Origin: Octopus bimaculoides
Taxonomy: Eukaryota
Direction: 5' to 3'
Length of the DNA stretch: 62,059 nt
Assembly: GCF_001194135.2 (NCBI RefSeq)
Contig: NC_068985.1
Location: 3,781,375-3,843,433 of the forward strand
Part shown: positions 11,945 to 25,284 of the stretch, one piece after another
How positions within the stretch are numbered: the first letter of the stretch is position 1
Layout: each line of letters begins with the position of its first letter
The notes under the pieces: model-generated
Database searches by the model: none
What the model was told of the DNA's origin: nothing
Seen by the model: only the letters and a program-made list of their open reading frames with translations
Position numbers and translations under genes: made by a program

Positions 11945-13935
11945 TATAGTTATTCTGAAAGACTCTTGCATAGTTCTTAATTACCGGTTATTCTTTATTT
12001 GATAACAATGTCATTTGGTATGGCTACATCAATGATGTGACAATATTTGTCTCTTTTATTCGATATGACAATATCCGGCCGACGGTGTTCGATTACACGA
12101 TCCGTCTGAACATCATAGCCCCAGTGTATCGTTACTTTTCCATCCTCCTGCTTAACTTTACTTGGTACTTGCTCGTACCAGTTCTGTTACTTCATATTGG
12201 TATTTACGGCATAAGAGCCAATGAAGACACACACACACTTTATCGTGGCGGCATTAATATTCTTTTTGTGCAAGGTTCTCACATCCACTTACCAAGTCCT
12301 GTATATTCCTTTCAAACTGTCCATGCATTCTTATTTCAAGACGGTCTTCTTTTCTCTTCTCTTTAGCTCTGTGGTTAAACTCTGCCTTGCTCATCATTTC
12401 ATCTGCATTTTACACCGATATCTTTCGCGGCATATTGCAGCAGGTCTTCATCACTATTTATCAAATACTCGGCAAGCGTTCTCCTTTCACTCCTTATACA
12501 ATGGTCTATTCTAATTAGTCCTCTGCTACCATTCTTTTTCTTTATATACAGTCTGTTTACGTTTGCTTTAGGGTGTAGCGCCCCATGTAGTGTCATCAAC
12601 TTTCTCGTTCTTCCATCCAGCGTTGATATTTCCTCCTTAGTCCATTTGAGGATGGACGCACTATATCTGATCACCGCAACTGCCCAGATATTCATTGCGG
12701 TAATCAAAGTTTTGGCATTCAAGTTGAATTTCAACACCATTTTCACTCTTTTTTTGATACACCTCACTGACCTTGACTTTAATTTCTCTGTGTAGAATGT
12801 CCTGAATCTCCAAAATCCCTAAATATCTATACCCACTACCGTCGGGTTCACCTATGGTCTCTCCTGATGGTAGCCGCAATCCTCTGAAGGCTGCTTTCTT
12901 CCCTCTTTCCATATTAAGTACTGAGCATTTGGTAATCCCAAATTCCATACCGATGTCCCTACCACACTTCTGGACTGTTTTGGTTAAGGAATCTATCCGT
13001 TTTTCAGATTTCCGAAACAATTTCAGGTCATCCATAACCTGCAGATGGTTCAATGGTGGGCCTTTCTTCCCACATCGGTAACCCATCTTAACTTCCGTAA
13101 GTGTCACTGTTATGGGTAATAGTACAATAACAAAAAGTAACGGAGGAAATGAGTCACTTTGGAAGATTCCCCTTTTAAGATTATCTTCTCCAAGGAATAC
13201 ATTTCTTGAGTACAATTTGGTTTTCCATTCTTTCATGCTATGCATCAGAAAATTTGTGATGTTGTCAGCAACATCAGACATCTGCAGACATTCAACGATC
13301 CAAGAATGAGGCATCATATCATATTGCCTTCTTAAAGTCAACCCAAGCCATAGACATGTTTGTATGATGTTTTTTACAATACCTCAAAACTGTATTATCG
13401 ATGACCAAGTGATCCTTGGTACCCTGAGAACTCTTCCTACATCCTTTTCTTCCCTTGGTAGTATTTCTTTCTGTGCCAGGAAAGTGTATGTCTTTACTGC
13501 ACATATTCCAGTGAGTATCTTCTAGATTGTGTTTAGGTATGCTATGGGATGGTAGTTTCCCACAAATATTCCCCTTTCTTCTATCTTTCATGACAAGTGT
13601 TGTCCTCCCAGTCACTATCCACGCTCATTCAATTGGGCTGCTAGTCTTTCATGCACCACGTGGCATCTCTTCAGCCAGAAGCCATGAATCCCATCTGGTC
13701 CTGGAGCTTTCAAGTTAGGCACTTTATCCACGTGTTCTTTCACATTACCCATGCTTATGACAATATTCCTTTGCTTCTTTCCTCCTTCTAATTCAGTCTT
13801 GATATTTCCTATCCACATTGCATCCCTTTTATGTACCACAATGTTTCCCCATAATCTGCTCCAGAACTCGTTGCCTTGATTTCATCAGGGTCAATATTTT
13901 CCCAGTTGTCTCCTAACGTTCGGTAGGATTGCTTC
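11945..13935 (-). pseudogene. Degenerate R4/Dong-clade non-LTR retrotransposon ORF (RT, Zn-knuckle remnant, RLE endonuclease)
   Basis: Frameshifted segments KAPGPDGIHGFWLK, GRTTLVMKD, KGCRKSSQGTKDHLVID, AWVDFKKA, RGIFQSDSFPPLLF, HLQVMDDLKLF, YRYLGILE, RLYIKKKNGSRGL, SGCENLAQKEY*CRHD, TDRVIEHRRPDIVI...IIDVAIPND. Confidence 0.92.
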
Positions 13936-14163
13936 GGATTATTATTATTTTTATTATTATTATTAAATTCAAATTACGATTAACGTAAACAAACAAACGA
14001 AGTTTGCTTTAGAAGCGTTGAGATGTCTTAGAAAGTTAAAGAAGTGATTTTAAATTCTCAAACGCAGGATAATGCTAATAATATAGCCTGAACAGGATAA
14101 CCTACCCCTATTTTGCAGAAAAGAGTGTAGGCGGCCAGATTATTATTATTATTATTATTATTA

Positions 14164-14204
<41 letters not shown>

Positions 14205-14207
<3 letters not shown>

Positions 14208-14329
14208 TAGTTTTATTTTTATAACGTGCCTTCACTTTACTACGGAGCGCAGCTCTGTGCGCCTTGGGTATGTGCTGTGGTTTGCTGTGATGCTCTTGTG
14301 GTTACTGTATTGAAAGAGTNNNNNNNNNN

Positions 14330-14364
<35 letters not shown>

Positions 14365-14596
14365 TAGTTTTATTTTTATAACGTGCCTTCACTTTACTAC
14401 GGAGCGCAGCTCTGTGCGCCTTGGGTATGTGCTGTGGTTTGTTGTGATGCTCTTGTGGTTACTGTATTGAAAGAGTTTTGCGTAGGATGTGTGCAGTGCC
14501 CAGTAGTGCAATTTTCTGTATGTTATATATATTTGTAAGTCCTGGTGTTTTTGTTATGTTTTTGTCTGAATATTTTTTTATTATACCTAAGGCACC

Positions 14597-14597
<1 letters not shown>
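14205..14597 (-). mobile_element. R4/Dong-like LINE 3' fragment (first ~115 bp duplicated across a 10-N gap)
   Basis: Near-identical to 11082-11330; the 5' truncation joins directly to (TAA)n (ORF IIIIIIIGALGIIKKYSDK). Confidence 0.85.
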
Positions 14598-14660
<63 letters not shown>

Positions 14661-15098
14661 ATAATTCGTTTCTAAATTTTTTTTTCAAATTTCGTAGTTC
14701 AGTGATAAATCTAATTCGTACTTTGTATATTGTAAAATCTTTGATAGATATTAGAAAAAAATAAAAAATAATAAAAAAACACCTTAAACAAATTTTCTAT
14801 ATTTTGTGGTTTGTCGAATGTAATCTCAATAGTTCAGAAATTTTTGCAGATAATTCAATAATAATTATTTCAGCATCATTCCTGTATTTTGTTATCTTAT
14901 GCCGTATTTTCGCAAGTCCATTTACATAAAAGATAACCTTTTCAAGTGATCTACACATTTTTTAAATATCTCGTATACGATATTAGGTCGTTAAGTAATT
15001 TTTTAAAACCTTCGCATGCTACCAATACAAACACAGACATCACTCTACCATACACGCACGCACACAAACAAACACTTATATATATGTANNNNNNNNNN

Positions 15099-15134
<36 letters not shown>

Positions 15135-15521
15135 ACATATATTTATATTTATATATATATATATATATATGTATATATTTATATGTGTATATATATTATA
15201 TACACATACATACATGTGTGTGTATGTATATGTATACAAATACACACACTCACACATATCTTTTAGTTGGGGAGGAAATATAACTGCCAGCCAGAATGCA
15301 GGCAAATCATGGTGAGATATGAACTCAGGATGCAGTGTGCCACGACAAATGTCTAAAACAACAAGAGTAGGTTTCTGAATTAGAGAATTCTATATCATTT
15401 TGTGTCCCCAGCAAGAAGAAAAGCTGAGTTTCCCCCGTTGGGATAAATACTGCAAAATCTTTCACATAACACAATGCCAGTGCTTTAGTGTGTGTGTGTT
15501 TCAACATACGCACGCCATCAA

Positions 15522-15592
<71 letters not shown>

Positions 15593-15711
15593 ATGCATAG
15601 TTGATATTTTGCAGTCATGGAAGTTAAATTTGGAAAAAATTTGCTGGAAGGCGGTTACAGGAATTTAACTCGTATCCTTCAAATGCCGGTTGTATACATA
15701 CATACATACAT

Positions 15712-15750
<39 letters not shown>

Positions 15751-16164
15751 TACAGATAGATAGATAGATAGATAAACGAAAGTTGAAAATGCGCTGAGAT
15801 TCGTTTAGATTTATTTCATTCTTTAGATTTCTAACCGGTTTCAGATATTCTCTAATTTTCAAAAGTTGAGATAAAAGGACGTGAATCTATGCTGCAGTTG
15901 TCTTGCTACTGAGTAGATTTCAAAAATTGTCTTGTTTCTATAGAGAGAACATGGCTCAAATTAGTTTTGACGTCCATTCTTTAACGTCATGTGACAATAT
16001 GTTTGGCCCTGTTAGTTAAAGCTGTAACGGTTAAGTGAGTGGCAATCGCTAGCAACCAATGGTCTCTGAATTTTACGTCAACTCTAGTTGAAGAAGATCT
16101 AGTAACCAGTGATAATCTAAGCAGGGTTCGTTATACGTGTCCAGACACTAATCCGTCAATTTGC

Positions 16165-16325
<161 letters not shown>

Positions 16326-16400
16326 TGGGCGTATATGCATGCATAAACATATAAAAGGCTGTAATCAAATTAATATAAACTAAGGAACGATAAGTATTTA

Positions 16401-16439
<39 letters not shown>

Positions 16440-16837
16440 GGCGTTACTCGCATGTGACTCTATTGATGTATCAGTTCAATCAAACTACACGTTATGAACA
16501 CAGTCCCCATGTATTGCAGGTACATATCCGTACATACATACAGACAGACACACTCTAACATAAATATTATACATTCATATATTTATACGCTCATACTTGG
16601 ACGTTTTCATTCATACAGAAACACATAGATGTGTAAATAATAAATCATGGAAGGGAGGTAACTGATGCTTCCACTTTTCTGAAAACCTGTCTCCGTTTCC
16701 ACATTGTCTGTTCTCCATGACAACCTGACATGAACTGCGAAATGTTTAATCTCCAGTGTCTACTGAGCAGGGAAGAAATATCAGTAGGTTTATTGCATTT
16801 GTTAGCTAATCGGTATATGGAGATATACATACATACT

Positions 16838-16871
<34 letters not shown>

Positions 16872-17019
16872 TACGGACAGTTGGTAGAGTGAAATTGGGC
16901 AGAAGTTTGGTCGTGTGTGTATATGTGTGTAGCATTCGTGTACTTAAAATGTGTTTCTTCTCCGGATTTATGTTTTTCTAAAAACGATACATATGCAAAT
17001 AAATATATGTATTTTCTTT

Positions 17020-17210
17020 TATTCTTTTATTTGTTTGTCATTTGACTGCGGCCATGCTGGAGCACTGCCTTTTAGTCAAACAAATCGACCCCAGGACTTA
17101 TTCTTTGTAAGCCTCGTACTTATTCTATCGTTCTATTTTGCCGAACCATTAAGTTACGGTGACGTAAACACACCAACATCGGTTGTCAAGTGATGGTGGG
17201 GTACAAACAC
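17020..17210 (-). mobile_element. SINE S3 3' module
   Basis: gactgcggccatgctggagcac...cgaccccaggacttattctttgtaagcc...gacgtaaacacaccaacatcggttgtcaag is the reverse complement of 60840-60975. Confidence 0.85.
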
Positions 17211-18026
17211 AGACACATAAACATACACACGCACACGCACACACGCACACACGCACACACACACACACACANNNNNNNNNNNNNNNNNNNNNNNNNNNNN
17301 NNNNNNNNNNNNNNNNNNNNNNNNNNNNNNNNNNNNNNNNNNNNNNNNNNNNNNNNNNNNNNNNNNNNNNNNNNNNNNNNNNNNNNNNNNNNNNNNNNNN
17401 NNNNNNNNNNNNNNNNNNNNNNNNNNNNNNNNNNNNNNNNNNNNNNNNNNNNNNNNNNNNNNNNNNNNNNNNNNNNNNNNNNNNNNNNNNNNNNNNNNNN
17501 NNNNNNNNNNNNNNNNNNNNNNNNNNNNNNNNNNNNNNNNNNNNNNNNNNNNNNNNNNNNNNNNNNNNNNNNNNNNNNNNNNNNNNNNNNNNNNNNNNNN
17601 NNNNNNNNNNNNNNNNNNNNNNNNNNNNNNNNNNNNNNNNNNNNNNNNNNNNNNNNNNNNNNNNNNNNNNNNNNNNNNNNNNNNNNNNNNNNNNNNNNNN
17701 NNNNNNNNNNNNNNNNNNNNNNNNNNNNNNNNNNNNNNNNNNNNNNNNNNNNNNNNNNNNNNNNNNNNNNNNNNNNNNNNNNNNNNNNNNNNNNNNNNNN
17801 NNNNNNNNNNNNNNNNNNNNNNNNNNNNNNNNNNNNNNNNNNNNNNNNNNNNNNNNNNNNNNNNNNNNNNNNNNNNNNNNNNNNNNNNNNNNNNNNNNNN
17901 NNNNNNNNNNNNNNNNNNNNNNNNNNNNNNNNNNNNNNNNNNNNNNNNNNNNNNNNNNNNNNNNNNNNNNNNNNNNNNNNNNNNNNNNNNNNNNNNNNNN
18001 NNNNNNNNNNNNNNNNNNNNNNNNNN

Positions 18027-18073
<47 letters not shown>

Positions 18074-18137
18074 ACACATAAATACACTTCATACACATGC
18101 ATACATACACAAACACATACACACACATACACACATA

Positions 18138-18570
18138 TTGGTGGAATGTTCTAGTGAATACCTCAATAAAATGTAAGCACAACAGACCTGATATAATGAT
18201 TTGGGATAGAGAAGAGAAAGTGTGTAAAGTTGTGGAAATTAGCTGCCCAGTGGATGTTAACATGAAGCTGAAGATCAGTGGAAAAGAGAACACCTATGCT
18301 GAACTGTTGGGAAATCTGTAGTTACTCTATCCAGATTACAAGTTCAGGTTTATACCTGTAACTTTTGAGACCCTGGGATATGTAACACACTGCATAAATA
18401 CCAATCTTGAGAAATTAGGCTTCTCAAAACCAGAAAGGAGAAAGCTAATTCGAATACTACAGATCCAATCCATCACAGGAACTTTAAAAATCTGTGAAAC
18501 TTTCCAGAAGTTTACCATTTAAATATATATGAGCATGTCTAGATATGCAAATATATGCATGAGAAGACAT
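18138..18570 (+). mobile_element. 5'-truncated RLE-type non-LTR retrotransposon 3' end (second family, R4-like or related)
   Basis: WWNVLVNTSIKCKHNRPDIMIWDREEKVCKVVEISCP... is a PD-(D/E)xK-type endonuclease motif; one in-frame stop; followed by (CATA)n. Confidence 0.8.
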
Positions 18571-19375
18571 ATATAAAACAAAACATACATACATACATAC
18601 ATACATGCATGCATACATACATACATACATACATACATACATACATACATACATACACACATACATTCCTGTCTGAACAGTTGGATGTACGGCTATTTGT
18701 GTTAATATAAATTAATAAAGTTTTCCCCTGTGGAACCGATGTGAATGGCTCTGTATCCAAATGCACAATTACCAACCAATGCAAAAGATGCATATGCTCT
18801 CAATATCAAAATATGCGTAGATAACGAATGCTATAAACTGCATGTTCTGTATATACGATATTTTTCGCGTATATAGTCCCAAGATTGAAATTAATACTGT
18901 TACATTTCGTTCTTCAATTACGCCCGTTTCAACACTAAATTGAATATACATTACATGAATATTAATATTGATATGAATATGGATGAATTCATAAAATTAT
19001 GATATGGTATTAGTGTAAAACATGAGTATTTCTTCAGACAAAATCACAGATGTAATAAAAATCTACACGTGGATCATCACGACATCGATGATTTTTGCAT
19101 TTTCACTGGAGGACCAGTTGTGTAAATTCATGTATATATATATANNNNNNNNNNNNNNNNNNNNNNNNNNNNNNNNNNNNNNNNNNNNNNNNNNNNNNNN
19201 NNNNNNNNNNNNNNNNNNNNNNNNNNNNNNNNNNNNNNNNNNNNNNNNNNNNNNNNNNNNNNNNNNNNNNNNNNNNNNNNNNNNNNNNNNNNNNNNNNNN
19301 NNNNNNNNNNNNNNNNNNNNNNNNNNNNNNNNNNNNACATACCTACATCTATATGTATACATACATGCATATATG

Positions 19376-19691
19376 GGTACAGGACATAAAAAAAAACGTT
19401 AAACACAATGAGAAGCGAAAACATAAAGACGAAAACAGAAAACGAACTTTTTTTCGAACAACGAAAAAAACAGAGAAACGCGACATGCAACATAAAGAGT
19501 ATTCATCCTTGTCGTTGCCTTCGAAATGCGGAGTAGATGGACAGGGACAACTGATGAAGGGGAATATTCTTTCTGTTGCCTGTCTCGTTTCTCTGTTTTT
19601 TTCGTTGTTCGAAAAAAAGTTCGTTTTCTGTTTTCGTCTTTATGTTTTCGTTTCTCATTGTGTTTAACGTTCTTTTGTGATGTCCTGTACC
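19376..19691. repeat. Imperfect foldback (inverted repeat) element
   Basis: Arms about 19376-19510 and 19555-19691 (ggtacaggac...aacgttaaacacaatgagaa / ttctcattgtgtttaacgtt...gtcctgtacc). Confidence 0.85.
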
Positions 19692-19832
19692 AAGTCGTAA
19701 ATTCCCTTGGTGTATCATCATAAGTGTCAGCTCATTACAGCTGTTTCTTACACAACTTTTAATGAAGAATGAGAAACATTACATTATTATGAAAGACTAT
19801 AATCATCAGAAGAGAACGTAATTGTTACAGAG

Positions 19833-19880
<48 letters not shown>

Positions 19881-21627
19881 TAAGACTCAATGTTAGTAAC
19901 ACATAGACGCACACATGCATATACACACATATACATAAGCACATCATAAAATGATGAGGAGGAAGAGTGGAGAAGAAGGAGAACAACACTGATAAGGCTA
20001 ATATTAATGCTATTATTTCAGCAGTTTGATTATGTAATCGTAGGAATAGATTAAATTACCCCCTAAATAATCAAGCTTCCATAAAAATATCATTTACAAA
20101 TGTTCTATCAACACAGCTAATGAAAATAGATTACTATGTTGGTGCCTCAAAGATGGAGTAAACTACTTAATACTTCGTTGGTCAAACTAATTTGGAAATA
20201 AAAAGACGAAAATGTTCAATATTCAATCTGCGGACCAATTACCAGAAATGCTCGCCCCTATAAAGTTGGTAATCCTTTTCTTTATTTATGTATTATAGAA
20301 TCTATCGAAATCCTAAAATGCCGAACTGCTTTACTTAACCAATGCAATGAATTATTGATTAGTTTCTCTCATCACAAAAAGAAAACATTTTGAAAACTCG
20401 CCACACCTAGTGTATAAGTAGATTTTGATTCTTTTGCAAATTATTATCTTGTAAATATCTGATCTATTTACTTCGTGGAAAAGTAATAGCAGATTCAAAG
20501 TTTACTGTTTTCTTTGCATAAGCACAAGTATTTGTATTTCCATAATTATTCACATACATTTAAATATATGCGTATATATATTTATTAGTGTCTAAGAAAA
20601 TGAGCGTGTGGATGAGCGTTCGTGCGTGCGTGCGTGTGTGTGTGTGCGTTCGTGTGTGCACACGCGTGTGTGTTTGTTGCATGTATGTATGCATTTATAT
20701 AAATATGTGTGTATGTATATGTATGAATAAGTGTGTCTCTGTCATTGGGTCTCTCTATATGTATGCGTATACACACACACATACACACACACACAGACAC
20801 ACACATATATATACATACATATATTTGTATGTATTATGTATTATGTGAGTGTGTGCATGCGTGTTTGAATGTGTTTGAACGCGTAAATATGTGCTTATGT
20901 CCGTGTATTTATTGATAATTAAACATTCTTATTTCAAATTGTCTGAATCTTACGAACGCTAATACTTATTAACTCCAACAGAAAAATATATAAATGTTTG
21001 AATATCAAAAACCAACAAGACCTATAAAAAAATAATGTAATTTTATAATAAATACTTTAATTAAACAAAGAATATGAAAATCTATTTTGTTACTAATAAT
21101 TTATATTTGATAAAAACACGTAATTATTAAAATAATGATTAAAATATCGAAGTTAATGTAGAAGACAATAACCGTTGCATCAACAAAATACAACTGAAGA
21201 ATAAATATGAAAACAATGCAACAAATAAAAATTGGGTTTATAATAAAAAAAAAACCGGTTCTGATTACAAAACTCTAAGAATAGACGTAGCAGAGCGTGA
21301 GTGAAAGAACGAGCCTATGAATACGAACTTAAATGATAAAAATTCTTACTGGCTTACATAAGATTTATCTATCTATAGGTGTATGTGTATGTGCATGTAC
21401 ATGCATATATGTGTGCGTGTGTGTGTATGCGTGTGTGTATATGGTTGCGTTGAACTTCGTTCTTATCTCTGAGAAAAAGGGACTCAAAGACATGAAAGAA
21501 AATCTATATTTTTAGAATTTTAGACGGAGGAAACAAGACACATTTATATACTAAACGAAGATATATAATACGTGCAACAAATAAATATTCAGAATGCATT
21601 GTACGGACGTGTATGCTTGTATATGTA

Positions 21628-21685
<58 letters not shown>

Positions 21686-21698
21686 GCTAGCTAGCTAG

Positions 21699-21734
<36 letters not shown>

Positions 21735-22319
21735 NNNNNNNNNNNNNNNNNNNNNNNNNNNNNNNNNNNNNNNNNNNNNNNNNNNNNNNNNNNNNNNNNN
21801 NNNNNNNNNNNNNNNNNNNNNNNNNNNNNNNNNNNNNNNNNNNNNNNNNNNNNNNNNNNNNNNNNNNNNNNNNNNNNNNNNNNNNNNNNNNNNNNNNNNN
21901 NNNNNNNNNNNNNNNNNNNNNNNNNNNNNNNNNNNNNNNNNNNNNNNNNNNNNNNNNNNNNNNNNNNNNNNNNNNNNNNNNNNNNNNNNNNNNNNNNNNN
22001 NNNNNNNNNNNNNNNNNNNNNNNNNNNNNNNNNNNNNNNNNNNNNNNNNNNNNNNNNNNNNNNNNNNNNNNNNNNNNNNNNNNNNNNNNNNNNNNNNNNN
22101 NNNNNNNNNNNNNNNNNNNNNNNNNNNNNNNNNNNNNNNNNNNNNNNNNNNNNNNNNNNNNNNNNNNNNNNNNNNNNNNNNNNNNNNNNNNNNNNNNNNN
22201 NNNNNNNNNNNNNNNNNNNNNNNNNNNNNNNNNNNNNNNNNNNNNNNNNGGGGGGGGGGGGAAGACACAAACCTAGACAGACATAGACGGACACACACAC
22301 GCATGCGCACACACATATC

Positions 22320-22490
22320 TAGATACGACTGGGTTCTTTCAGTTTCCATTTACCAAATCCACTGACAAGTCTTTGGCCGGCCTCAACCTAGAGTAGAAGA
22401 TAGACAGCGAAGGCGTCACGCAGTGAGATTGAACTCAGAACCACGTGGCTGGAAAGCAAACTTCTTACTGCATACCAACGTCTGCACCTA
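22320..22490 (-). mobile_element. SINE S3 head, diverged
   Basis: ttctttcagtttccatttaccaaatccactgacaag...gaactcagaaccacgtggctggaaagcaaacttcttac is the reverse complement of the S3 head. Confidence 0.8.
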
Positions 22491-23842
22491 CGTCAATGTC
22501 CCCCCTCCCTCTCCTCCTCATCCTCCAAAATAAAATAAAAGAGAATACAGATGGGGTAATAAGGAAAAATCACTTGCATCGAGGTTACGTTGCTTGAATA
22601 TTTTGGTAATTTCTTCCCTCTGGCTTCATAAATTACAATTATTATTGCCACTGTCAAGTTACGAAAGATTGGATCTTTTGATGAGCTTGTGCAGCATCCA
22701 TGGATGTTAACTGGCATCCAAGTCTTTACTTAGCCGTTGTTCTTGTGTGATGACAATATAGATCTATATTTTAATGCTGGAATCTCGAAATGGCATTGCA
22801 AACAAGAGGTGTCAATCGATCAGAATGTCCATATTAACAAGATGATAACTGCGTTATGATCCATAAACAGCTTTGAAGGAAAAAAAATCAATTCTTTCTT
22901 TAATAAATAACTGAGAAGCATAAGAACCCCATTGTTCTGAGAGAATTTTGACCAAACATAGAAACACACATCTCACTTCTCACGGAAGTGGTAATAACTG
23001 AAATTTATAGGAAATGCACATTCGAAATAGCTTTGCAATTAGGATTTAGATTAGATGCGCTGAATGAAATAAGTATAGTATTCTATCGACAGTCAAACCC
23101 TCCTGAGATTTTCAAGCTTGCATCTTAAATTGCTAACGACAGGAAATTTATCAAACAAATTCACCCGATTGTTTATTTTAACGTCTACAGTTCAGCTTCA
23201 GTAAATATTTGATGAAATTCTGTGAACACAAGGAAACAGCTCCGGCTAAGGACAATATTGTTAGCATTTGGAAAGTTTCTCAGTTTCAAAACAAGAAAGT
23301 AAGACGTCCCCACACCAAAAAAGAAAACAAATCAAACGCAACAGAAAAATAATAAAAAAGGATTTTGAGCAAAAACCGAAAAAGAAATTTAGTGAGATTT
23401 ATTACGTAATTCTATAGTGTTGGATTTGTTTGAGCATCGCAAGGGTTTTGTCACACATTTGGAATTGAACAGTTTCATAGCCAGTTAGCATTTAGATCGA
23501 AAAGTTTGTGCAAATATTTGAGGAGAATGGTTTAGTATTGTTGTAAGACGTCTGTGATTTATATTTGCATCGTCCTTCTTATGGTATCATAAGATTTTGT
23601 GACTGGAAAAAGGCAACCATGATAGATCTAAGAAAATAGAAAGGAAATCATATTACATCAGTAAAGAATGTTTTAATTGTTCCAGCTTAGATTACTGCGA
23701 TAGACAAAAAGAAATGAGATAAAGAAAGAGAGTAAATGAAAAGAAGATGGTAAATAGTGAGAAAATTTTAGGAAGAAGAATAATGAAAGAGGCAGACATA
23801 TGTGAAGACAGAGAAAGAAACACAATTAGAGAGACAGAAGCA

Positions 23843-23868
23843 GAGAGAGAGAGAGAGAGAGGGAGAAG

Positions 23869-23956
<88 letters not shown>
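23843..23956. repeat. (GA)n microsatellite
   Basis: Direct reading. Confidence 0.95.
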
Positions 23957-23959
<3 letters not shown>

Positions 23960-24410
23960 TCATTAAAGACGGTTGTCTTTGATATTTGTTGTCTCTTTAG
24001 AGAGTATAAGTTCGATATTTTAGGAAAGAACTTCCTTTGAGTTTAGAAACTGGAAGATTCGATAAGTTTACACAAATAACGTCAGTTTCCTTATGAACAA
24101 ACAACATTGAAACGATGAATAGCAGACTGGAGGAATGGGTGATTCCGAACATAGAGCGCTAATGCCATCACCATTGGTTGGTACCGATGGGCTCGAGTTC
24201 AAATCAGAAATATTTCAGAGGGGTCAATAGTTTTGAGAAGAGAGTTTGACTGTTTTGGAAAATAAATCTTTTCTCTGTGGTTTCTTTGGCCCTTAGAATA
24301 TTTGACTAAATTAGAATACATTATTTACATTATTTACATTTGACGGATATTTGTTCTCATCTTGTTTGTTGTTAACAAAACGTTGCAGCTGATATACCCT
24401 CCAGCCTTCA

Positions 24411-24487
24411 CTACGGGCATATAGCGTAGTGGTTAAGAGTGCGGGCTACTAACCCCAATATTCCGAGTTCGATTCTAGGCAGTGACC
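24411..24487 (+). promoter_or_regulatory. tRNA-like head with Pol III A and B boxes (not a functional tRNA)
   Basis: A box TAGCGTAGTGG 24422-24432; GGG-CTACTAA-CCC anticodon-like arm; B box GTTCGATTC 24467-24475; no proper acceptor stem. Confidence 0.7.
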
Positions 24488-24489
24488 TG

Positions 24490-24538
<49 letters not shown>

Positions 24539-24585
24539 TCGAAAAATACCTTAGGAATGGGAACTCAGGTTCGAAATTTCTCCTA

Positions 24586-24631
24586 GACACCTGATGAAGG
24601 CTGGAGGGTATATCAACCGAAACGTTGTGTT
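24586..24631 (+). ncRNA. Minimal type I hammerhead ribozyme motif
   Basis: gacac-CTGATGA-a-ggctg(gagggtatat)caacc-GAAA-cg-TT-gtgtt; the inverted arm has cagc, restoring a GGCTG/CAGCC helix II; ACGT palindromic helix III. Confidence 0.8.
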
Positions 24632-25284
24632 AACAACAAACAAGATGAGGACAAATATCCGTCGAATCTAAATAACGTAAATAATGTACATAATGTACAT
24701 AATTCCTCATTTCTTAAATATAGAACTGTAAATTAGAATATATCTGATCTAATTTCTGCTACCTTTTTCAGAAACTCTGTTACCTTCTCCACAAATACAT
24801 GACGATGGCTAAGACAGTATAACACATTGACACTGGACATTTCTATTTCTTTATGCAATATAAGAAAATATTGAATGGTAATTTCTTTCCGGGCGTTTTT
24901 ACTAAACCTCATATCGTTGTGAGTTGATGTTCACAAGAGGCAACAGTAGCACCGATCTCCTCAGCGCTAGAAGGCTTGCATGAATCATACCCCTTTCCTC
25001 CACCCACCCCCACCAGCCTGTCAACTGATTTGCAAATAAAAAAAAAATATATAAATTAAAGATCTTCGGCTGAAAATATTACAATTACGATATTACGATT
25101 CAAATTACTGTGAATCGAACAAACTTAGATTTAGTTTTAAATTAGCATTTACATAAGCATAAATACATATAGAGTACACACACACACAGACAGACACAAC
25201 ACACACACAGAAACACATACGCACACATATTTTTGTATATAGTTATAGTTCAAAATTATACAGAGTCAAATATACAGAGCCAAG

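Larger units (their letters stand above)
24319..24728 (+). mobile_element. tRNA-headed, hammerhead-bearing foldback element with 12-bp TSD (family B)
   Basis: TSD taaattagaata at 24307-24318 and 24729-24740; inverted arm 24319-24410; tRNA-like head about 24411-24487; (TAA)n; hammerhead 24586-24631; sense arm 24595-24686; unpaired tail 24687-24728. Confidence 0.85.

Noticed and set aside
24411-24487. Possible tRNA-Ser(ACT) gene
   Set aside because: No proper acceptor stem, only a 3-bp anticodon stem, no long variable arm, and it is embedded in a TSD-flanked element; treated as a SINE-type head.
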